From positions 1 through 40,996 of the forward strand of contig JASHTI010000159.1 in the NCBI GenBank assembly GCA_030040625.1: DNA of 40,996 nt, read 5' to 3'. The stretch comes from Thermoplasmata archaeon (GTDB lineage Archaea > Thermoplasmatota > Thermoplasmata > Lutacidiplasmatales > UBA184). Position 1 is the stretch's first letter, and every line of letters begins with the position of its first letter. The notes below the pieces were generated by a model. The model was not told where the DNA came from. It saw nothing but the letters and a program-made list of their open reading frames with translations, and ran no database searches. Made by a program: the position numbers and the translations under genes. Positions 34,583 through 40,996 of the stretch are shown one piece after another.

Positions 34583-36145
34583 ATGCCGCGGATCCGCCGG
34601 GGCTCCGGCCTTCGGGAAGCCGACCTGATCGCCCGGGCGAAGGCGCTGAAGGGGAGCGTCGACCCGCTGCTGCCGAAGCTCACTCCGGACTGCGCGCGCG
34701 AGCGGTTCGACCGGCTGCGCGCCGAGCTGGAGGAGGTCCGCGAGGTCGCGGAGGACGAGAGGCGCCTCGCCCGGCTCGCGCGATGGGGGGATCCGTTCGC
34801 CCGAGCGTACGCCGGGCTCCTCCGCTTCGCCCTCGAGCCGACCGCGCCGGCGGTCGTCTCGTTCCCGACGGCCGGCGGCGACGTCTCCTACGCCCCGCTC
34901 GCGTCGACCGGGCCGGAGGTCCAGGTCGCCGTCCAGCACTCGGACGAGCCGGATCGCCTGCTCCTCGGCTACCTCGACTGGGCCCGCAAGGGGTTCCACT
35001 TCTTCGCGACGCACCGCGCCCTCTGGTGCACCGGCCGCTCGGCGAGCCCGCCGGCGGAGTTCGTGGCCGAGCGCCTCGCCGACCTGCCGTACCGGATGGT
35101 GGAGGAGCCCGGGACGCACCGGTACCGGTGCCCGCACCTGGCCAGCGGGGACCCCCTGCCGTACCTCGAGGTCGGCTGGCCCGGAGCGGGCCTCTCCTTC
35201 CGCCTCTGCCGGCGCTGCGCCAAGGACGACCGCCACCTGCTCGGCTCGCTCTCGGACGGGGCCGCCTCCCCGGCCCCGGAGGAGGAGTTCCCGGTCTCCG
35301 TCGAGCTGAACGTCGACTGCCGCGGGGGCGACGACTGCGTCCACCACGCGCTGCCCGAGGCCCCCCGTCCTCTGATCAAGCGCTACGCGCTCGGCCGCCT
35401 CTCCGACGGCCAGATGCTCTCCGGCTACCTGGACGAGCTCCGCCCGCGGCTCGAGCGGACGCGACGCCGCACGCTCGTCGCCGGCGGCACCTGCTACGGG
35501 GCGGACCTGGACGCCTACCTCGAGGCGCTGCATCCCTCGCCGGTGGAGCGGCGCGCGCTCGCGCTCGTCCTCGAGGGGCTCGAGGGGACGTTCGAGATCG
35601 ACGAGCCGAGCGCCAGCCGGGCGCTGGAACGGCTGTGGGGGACCCACGCCGAGGAGATCGTCGGCGCGATCGTCCCGGACCCGAAGGAGGCCCGGCGCCT
35701 CGTCGAGGAGGCCCGCGGGGCTCCCGGCCGGATCGCGGAGATCCTCAAGCGGTTGCAGCGCCGGGCCGAGCAGCAGGAGCTGCTCGGGACGCTGCCGCGC
35801 TACGAGCGGCTCGCCCGCGAGGCCGCCTGGGCGGACCAGATCGCGCGGGCCTACCGGCTGCAGGGCGAGAGCGGGGCGGAGCGGACCGTCGTCCAGGCGT
35901 TGCCCCGCGAGGGGAAGGAGCGCGGGCTCGCCTTCGGGTTCCTGCTCGCGCTCAACCGCGCTTCGGCGCACGCCTGGCAGTTCACGCCGACCGAGAAGGA
36001 GTTCGGCCAGGCGCTCCAGGAGCGGATCGCCGCCCTCCTCCGGGCCCCCGCCGAGGGCTACCACGACGCGCTGGACGCGCTGCTCCGGGCGGCCGGCGTC
36101 GTCGACTGGGGGCACCGGTCACCGACCAACGACCTTTCGGGATAA
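34583..36145 (+). CDS. Conserved hypothetical Cys-containing protein
   Basis: 520 aa with typical codon use; TATA-like AATATGTA 25 nt upstream; CPH, CRRC, CRGGDDC and CYG motifs. Confidence 0.75.
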   Translation: MPRIRRGSGLREADLIARAKALKGSVDPLLPKLTPDCARERFDRLRAELEEVREVAEDERRLARLARWGDPFARAYAGLLRFALEPTAPAVVSFPTAGGDVSYAPLASTGPEVQVAVQHSDEPDRLLLGYLDWARKGFHFFATHRALWCTGRSASPPAEFVAERLADLPYRMVEEPGTHRYRCPHLASGDPLPYLEVGWPGAGLSFRLCRRCAKDDRHLLGSLSDGAASPAPEEEFPVSVELNVDCRGGDDCVHHALPEAPRPLIKRYALGRLSDGQMLSGYLDELRPRLERTRRRTLVAGGTCYGADLDAYLEALHPSPVERRALALVLEGLEGTFEIDEPSASRALERLWGTHAEEIVGAIVPDPKEARRLVEEARGAPGRIAEILKRLQRRAEQQELLGTLPRYERLAREAAWADQIARAYRLQGESGAERTVVQALPREGKERGLAFGFLLALNRASAHAWQFTPTEKEFGQALQERIAALLRAPAEGYHDALDALLRAAGVVDWGHRSPTNDLSG

Positions 36146-36217
36146 CAATCATATTAGTGATGGGACGATTGCTCCCACGGTGATGTCGGGGCCGGGCCCG
36201 ACCGCCGGGCGCGCCGG

Positions 36218-36610
36218 GTGAACGCAAGCGATGGGTCGCCACCGGCCGCCCTGGTTGTGGCGGCGGACGAGCAGATGCGGATCCTCCTCCGGGGCCTCCT
36301 GCAACTGCACCGCATCCGCGTCGAGGCGGAAGCGGAGGGCCTGACGGAGGCCGTACGACTCCTCCGGGAGCATCGTCCGACGATCATCGTCGCCGACGCC
36401 CACCTCAGCGACGGTTCGGCGACGGAGCTCGTCCGGCTCGCGCGCAGTGCCGTGCCCGGGCTGCGGGTCGTCCTGGTGGCGCCGTCCTCGCGGCCCCCGC
36501 CGGCGGGCCCTCCGGACGGCGCCCCGGACGTCGTGCTCCTCCGCCCGTTCCGGATCCAGCAGTTCGCCGAGGCGGTGCTACCGCGCGGGCCTAGTCCGCC
36601 GCCGAGCTAG
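36218..36610 (+). CDS. Atypical stand-alone response-regulator receiver domain
   Basis: CheY-like pattern LVVAADEQMR..AVRLLREHRPTIIVADAHLSDGS..VVLVA..VLLRPF. Confidence 0.7.
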   Translation: MNASDGSPPAALVVAADEQMRILLRGLLQLHRIRVEAEAEGLTEAVRLLREHRPTIIVADAHLSDGSATELVRLARSAVPGLRVVLVAPSSRPPPAGPPDGAPDVVLLRPFRIQQFAEAVLPRGPSPPPS

Positions 36611-37394
36611 GCCGGTCGGCGGACGGGCGGTCGAGCCGGTACCGCTCGAGCGCGGCCGCCTCCTCGAAGTGGAGCTCCCGCGCCGGGACCACCAGGCAGT
36701 GGAGCGGCGCCCCGAAATCCGTCGCGACCAGCTGCTCGACCGTGCCGTAGAACCCGGCCGCGTCGTCCCGGCCGACGCGGGCCGCGACGGCGAGCCGATC
36801 CCCCGGGGCCACGACCGAGCCGGTCGGGTCCCGCTCCCGCAGCAATCGGATCGCCTCGCCGGCGCCCAGGAACCGCCCGGCGGCCGGTTCGAGGTCGAGC
36901 AGCACGAGCGTATGCAGCCCGCGCTCCCGGTTCGAGCCGATCTGCTCGAGCGGGGAGGTCGGCGCGAATCCCGGGCGCGGGAGCGGCAGCGAGACGGTCC
37001 GCCCGAACCGATAGTGCATCAGCCCGAGGAAGCCGGCGGCCGCGACCAGGATGCTCGCGTTCGGCAGGTACCTCCAGTCGTGGCCGGCGCGCTCGGCGGC
37101 GAGCCGGAGCGCGACGTGGGTCGTCGCGGCGAACGGGTCCCCGACGACCAGCAACGCGACCTGCGGGGCGCCCCGCAACGCCGCGAGGATCGTCGCCTCC
37201 CCCTCGACCTCCGACCGCCCGAGCCGACGGATCGGTCGCCGGAGATCGGCGGCGAGGCGTTCGATCGTCCCGGGGGCGGCGACCGCCGTGTACTCCTCGG
37301 CGAACAGCTCGGCGGAGCGGAGGACCTCGACCGCCCGCCGCGACAGCCCTCGCTCGTCGTCCAGGCCGAGGCCGACGAACCAGAGGACCGCCAT
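36591..37394 (-). CDS. dph5: Diphthine synthase
   Basis: LWFVGLGL, FAEEYT, LLVVGDPFAATTH, GLMHYRFGRTVSL, GLHTLVLLD, DFGAPLHCLVVP..LHFEE. Confidence 0.95.
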   Translation of the reverse strand: MAVLWFVGLGLDDERGLSRRAVEVLRSAELFAEEYTAVAAPGTIERLAADLRRPIRRLGRSEVEGEATILAALRGAPQVALLVVGDPFAATTHVALRLAAERAGHDWRYLPNASILVAAAGFLGLMHYRFGRTVSLPLPRPGFAPTSPLEQIGSNRERGLHTLVLLDLEPAAGRFLGAGEAIRLLRERDPTGSVVAPGDRLAVAARVGRDDAAGFYGTVEQLVATDFGAPLHCLVVPARELHFEEAAALERYRLDRPSADRPSSAAD

Positions 37395-37409
37395 CGTCGG
37401 CGCCGCGGG

Positions 37410-38207
37410 CTAGCTCCGGATCGCGAGGACCGGGCACGGTGCGCTCCGGAAGAGCGCCTCGAGGAAGCGGCGGGTGAGCAGCGCCCCTCCGGCGACCGGC
37501 TCCTCGCCGATGAGCAGCAGCCCGTAGCGCTCGCGCGCGGCGGCCTGGAGGATCACATCAGGCAGCCGCCGGCGACGGCCGAGCAGCGAGCCGGTGAGCG
37601 GGGACGGGCGGACCTCCAGCGGCACTCCGCGGCTCGAGCGGCCGCCGCCCGCGCCGTCGGCGCTCCCCTCGGGACCGAGCGCGAGCGTCACGATCGGCAC
37701 CCCCCCGGCCTTCACGGAGAGCTGTTCGGCGAGCGCGAGGGCGCGGGGCGACGGGCGGGCCCCGAAGGTCGGGACCAGGACCCGGGGGACCGCGCCCGTG
37801 GCGAGCGCGAGGCGGTTGACGACCAGGACGTCCGAGCGCGCGTGCTGCAGCAGCGCGGTCGCGGTGTGCCCGACGAACGGGTTGCGGCTCCGCCGGTCGC
37901 CGCGGAGGCTGAAGATGATCGCGTCGACGTTGTGGTTCTCCGCGCTCTCCAGGATCTCACCGGCGACGTCGGTCGCGGCGCGCACCTCCGGGTCGACCCG
38001 GACGTCGAGCACCGCGCCGATCTCGTGGGCGGGCACGACCAGGTTCACCGACGAGCGCCACTCCCGGGTCACCTCGGGGAGCGTCGTCGTCGGGATCACG
38101 TGGAGGACCCGGATCTCGCCGTCCGGCTCCAGCAGCTGCGCCGCGAACCGGACGAGCGGCTCGACCTCGGCGGCGACCTGCACCGGTACGAGGATCTGGC
38201 GGTACAT
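37410..38207 (-). CDS. Tandem universal stress protein
   Basis: MYRQILVPV..VLHVI..EILESAE..VGHTATALLQHARSDVLVV; second unit ending APCPVLAIR. Confidence 0.85.
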   Translation of the reverse strand: MYRQILVPVQVAAEVEPLVRFAAQLLEPDGEIRVLHVIPTTTLPEVTREWRSSVNLVVPAHEIGAVLDVRVDPEVRAATDVAGEILESAENHNVDAIIFSLRGDRRSRNPFVGHTATALLQHARSDVLVVNRLALATGAVPRVLVPTFGARPSPRALALAEQLSVKAGGVPIVTLALGPEGSADGAGGGRSSRGVPLEVRPSPLTGSLLGRRRRLPDVILQAAARERYGLLLIGEEPVAGGALLTRRFLEALFRSAPCPVLAIRS

Positions 38208-38839
38208 CAGCAGAGGCCCTCCGACGCCAGGAGAGCGATGTCCAGCTCAAGAACGTTCACGAACGGGACCCCGAGGAACGGGAGGGGCGGCTCGGTGATG
38301 TGCGCGTTGACGAGGCTCGTCAGCGCGGCGACCGCGAGGCCGGTGGCGACGCTGATCCGCGGGATCTGGACGAGCGTCGCGGAGGGGGTCAGGTCGGGGT
38401 CGACGTCCGAGGCGCTCGGGGCGACCCACCAGAACGGCAGCGTCGCCGTCGGCGAGGTGTTGCCGGTCGCGTTCTCGGCGCGCATCCAGGCGAGGGTCTC
38501 GTTGAGGAGCGCCAGCAGCGCCGGGTCGGTCGGTCCGGGCGGCGTGTCCGCCCCGAGCGTCGTGTTGTAGTCCGTCAGCGAGGGCCGGGACCAGAAGAGG
38601 CCGGGGCCCAGCTTGCCCTGCGACATGTTCTGGGCGATGTCGGCGGAGCCGACGACGGTGCCGTTCGGGCAGCGGAGGAGCGAGCCGTTCGCCGCGGACG
38701 GGTCGATCGCCTGCGCCACCGCCGTGACGAACCAGGGGTAGGCGAGGCCGGTCACGAGGATGGCGAGCACGAGGAAGACGCCGGCGGCCCGGACGTGGGT
38801 CGTCCAGCGGTGCGCCGGTGGCTCCGCGTCCGCGCTCAT
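38207..38839 (-). CDS. kdpC: Potassium-transporting ATPase subunit C
   Basis: TGLAYP..VAQ..ANGSL..VVGS..IAQ, FWSRPS, SASDVDPDL, QIPRI, VNVLELDIAL; ATG 38839 overlaps the kdpB stop. Confidence 0.9.
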   Translation of the reverse strand: MSADAEPPAHRWTTHVRAAGVFLVLAILVTGLAYPWFVTAVAQAIDPSAANGSLLRCPNGTVVGSADIAQNMSQGKLGPGLFWSRPSLTDYNTTLGADTPPGPTDPALLALLNETLAWMRAENATGNTSPTATLPFWWVAPSASDVDPDLTPSATLVQIPRISVATGLAVAALTSLVNAHITEPPLPFLGVPFVNVLELDIALLASEGLC

Positions 38840-40977
38840 CGGCCTCCCAGCGGGAGCCAGCGGGCGACGAGCGCCCCGATGCCGTGGACGAAGGCGAGCC
38901 CGTCCAGGTAGCCGAGGAGCAGGTAGCAGAGCCAGATCCCGACGAACGCGCTCACGAGTCCTCCGAGCCCGTAGGTGAGCATGTTCCTCCGCAGCAGGTC
39001 GATCGCGCTCCGCGGCCGGAACGGCACGCCGGCGAGCGCGAGGGGGATCAGGATCGGGATGATGAGCGCATTGAAGACGAGCGCGGCGAGGACGGCGCGG
39101 TACGGGTCGGCGAAGCCCAGCACGTTCAGGGCCGCGATCCCGGGGAGGGTCACCGCCCCGGCGGTCGCGAAGATCGCGGGAATGATCACGAAGTACTTCG
39201 CGACGTCGTTCGTGATCGAGAAGGTCGTCAGCGCCCCGCGCGTGATCAGCAGCTGCTTGCCGATGGAGACGACCTCGATCAGCTTGGTCGGGTCGTTGTC
39301 GAGGTCGACCATGTTGCCGGCCTCCTTGGCCGCGCTCGTCCCGCTGTTCATGGCGAGGCCGACGTCGGCCCGGGCGAGCGCCGGCGCGTCGTTCGTCCCG
39401 TCCCCGGTCATGGCGACCAGTCGGCCGGCGCTCTTCTCCCGCTGGATCAACTCGAGCTTCGTTTCGGGCCGGGCCTCCGCGACGAACTCGTCGACCCCGC
39501 TCTCCTGGGCGATCGCCGCCGCCGTCAGGCGGTTGTCGCCCGTGCACATGATCGTCCGGATCCCCATCGTCCGCAATTCCCGGATCCGGTCGCGGATCCC
39601 CGGCTTCACGACGTCCTTCAGGATGACGAGGCCGACCACGCGCTTGTTGACGGCGATGGCGAGCGGGGTCATCCCGCCCTTCGCGGCATTGTCGGCCGCG
39701 GTGCGGGTGACGTCGGCGAGGGGCGCGCCGAAGGCCTCCATCGCGCTGACGGCCCCCTTGTAGAACTCGGTGCCGTCGGCGAGGAGCAGGCCGCTCATCC
39801 GACGTTCGGTCGTGAACGGCATCACCTTGAACGTTCCGGGCTCGAGCCGGCGGGCCGTCCCGCTGCGCCGGGCCGCGAGCCGGACGATCGAGCGGCCCTC
39901 GGGGGTCTCGTCCAGCGTCGAGCTGAGCAGGGCCGCCTCCAGGAGCTCCGGCGGCTCGACACCCGGCGCCGCCACGAACTGGACGGCGAGGCGGCTGCCG
40001 ACGGTGATCGTCCCGGTCTTGTCGAGGATCAGGACGTCCAGGTCGCCGGAGGCCTCGACCGCCTTGCCCGACTTCGCGATGATGTTCGCCCGGGCGACCC
40101 GGTTGACCCCGGAGATCCCGATCGCCGGCAGCAGCGCGCCGATCGTCGTCGGCATCAGGCAGACGAACAGCGCGATGATCGTGGCGAGGTCGACGGTGAC
40201 GATGCCGGAGAAGTTCGCGAGGTAGACGAACGAGACGCAGACGATGAACAGCGTGATCGTGAACGCGGAGAGGAGCACGCTGAGGGCGATCTCGCTCGGC
40301 GTCGGCTCGCGCCCGAGCCCCTCCACGAGGCGGATCAGGCGGTCGAGGAACGACTCCCCGCGAGCCGCGCTGACCCGGATCCGGACCGTCCCCTGGAGGA
40401 CCTGCGTCCCGCCGAGGACGCTCGTCTTGTCGCCGCCGCTCTCGCGGACGACCGGCTCGCTCTCGCCGGTCATCATCGCCTCGTCGATCAGCGCGGCCCC
40501 GTGGACGACGTCCCCATCGAGCGGGACCGGCTCACCGGCCCGCACCTCGACATGATCGCCGACGTGCAGGACGTCCGACGGGACCCAGCGGACCTCGCCG
40601 TCCGGCAGGACCTGGCGGGCCCGGATGCCGCTCCGGATCGTCCGGAGGCTCTCGGCCTGGGCGCGGCCCTGGGCCTCGGCGATGGCGTCCGAGAGGTTCG
40701 CGAACCAGACCGTCAGGACGAGGATGACGGCGATGGCGAGGTAGTAGCCGGCGTGGTAGGTCCGGGCGATGTCCGGGAACGCCCGGGGGTAGACCGTGAC
40801 GACGGCGACGAAGAGGAAGAGGACGAACACGCAGAACATCAGCGGCCGCCGCAGCTGGTGGCGAAGGCCGAAGTAGCGGAACGAGTCGGCGAGGACGCGC
40901 CGGGCCGACGTGTGGGGCCGGCGCCGGACCGAGACCCGGGCGCCGGGCTCGATCGTGAACGGAGGCTCGGCGGACAC
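38836..40977 (-). CDS. kdpB: Potassium-transporting ATPase subunit B
   Basis: TGES, CLMPTTIGALL, DKTGT phosphorylation site, TGDN, GDGTNDAPAL, TNDVAKYF. Confidence 0.96.
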   Translation of the reverse strand: MSAEPPFTIEPGARVSVRRRPHTSARRVLADSFRYFGLRHQLRRPLMFCVFVLFLFVAVVTVYPRAFPDIARTYHAGYYLAIAVILVLTVWFANLSDAIAEAQGRAQAESLRTIRSGIRARQVLPDGEVRWVPSDVLHVGDHVEVRAGEPVPLDGDVVHGAALIDEAMMTGESEPVVRESGGDKTSVLGGTQVLQGTVRIRVSAARGESFLDRLIRLVEGLGREPTPSEIALSVLLSAFTITLFIVCVSFVYLANFSGIVTVDLATIIALFVCLMPTTIGALLPAIGISGVNRVARANIIAKSGKAVEASGDLDVLILDKTGTITVGSRLAVQFVAAPGVEPPELLEAALLSSTLDETPEGRSIVRLAARRSGTARRLEPGTFKVMPFTTERRMSGLLLADGTEFYKGAVSAMEAFGAPLADVTRTAADNAAKGGMTPLAIAVNKRVVGLVILKDVVKPGIRDRIRELRTMGIRTIMCTGDNRLTAAAIAQESGVDEFVAEARPETKLELIQREKSAGRLVAMTGDGTNDAPALARADVGLAMNSGTSAAKEAGNMVDLDNDPTKLIEVVSIGKQLLITRGALTTFSITNDVAKYFVIIPAIFATAGAVTLPGIAALNVLGFADPYRAVLAALVFNALIIPILIPLALAGVPFRPRSAIDLLRRNMLTYGLGGLVSAFVGIWLCYLLLGYLDGLAFVHGIGALVARWLPLGGR

Positions 40978-40996
40978 CGGGCGCTACCCTCCTCCG

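Noticed and set aside
36146..36217. Possible C/D box sRNA or fluoride riboswitch (two GTGATG copies)
   Set aside because: No CTGA D box and no fluoride riboswitch 3' consensus
1..40996. Many long alternative-frame and antisense ORFs (e.g. 3349-5298 -, 21991-23778 +, 33527-36115 -, 36447-38570 +)
   Set aside because: Arg/Pro/Gly/Ala-rich shadow ORFs overlapping well-supported genes, expected at this GC content
1..40996. tRNA, rRNA, CRISPR arrays, transposases or integrases
   Set aside because: No cloverleaf/T-loop pattern, regularly spaced direct repeats or mobile-element motifs seen by eye
40984..40996. Probable last codons of kdpA (minus strand ...GGA GGG TAG)
   Set aside because: Only 13 nt visible; consistent with kdpABC gene order but not supportable

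Overview
A very GC-rich, densely coding archaeal core-genome segment with about 45 CDS. The gene set points to class Thermoplasmata (uS13-uS4-uS11-Rpo3 operon, pelota, TrmY, Dph5, split GMP synthase subunit A, tetraether synthase Tes, a DUF6015-like protein, and a tandem-RHH + ftsZ pair). A high-GC lineage such as Ca. Lutacidiplasmatales is plausible, but that assignment is inference. I found no tRNA, rRNA, CRISPR array or mobile element. The strongest leads are: (i) a CdrS-like tandem ribbon-helix-helix gene plus a divergent FtsZ whose catalytic T7-loop Asp is replaced by Ser, preceded by a TGTC/GACA inverted repeat, with a related motif also seen in the tes promoter region; (ii) a two-gene membrane operon encoding a Kelch beta-propeller/TM/Zn-ribbon protein and a bPH-like/Zn-ribbon protein, which resembles an undescribed transmembrane signalling module; (iii) a thiolase with an eroded HMG-CoA-synthase-DUF35 fusion, divergent from ubiX; (iv) a stand-alone SWIM protein, an atypical receiver domain, a kdpBC-usp locus, and a clear PadR operator palindrome. 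All calls come from reading motifs by eye, with no database searches. Many start codons were reassigned from the ORF track.
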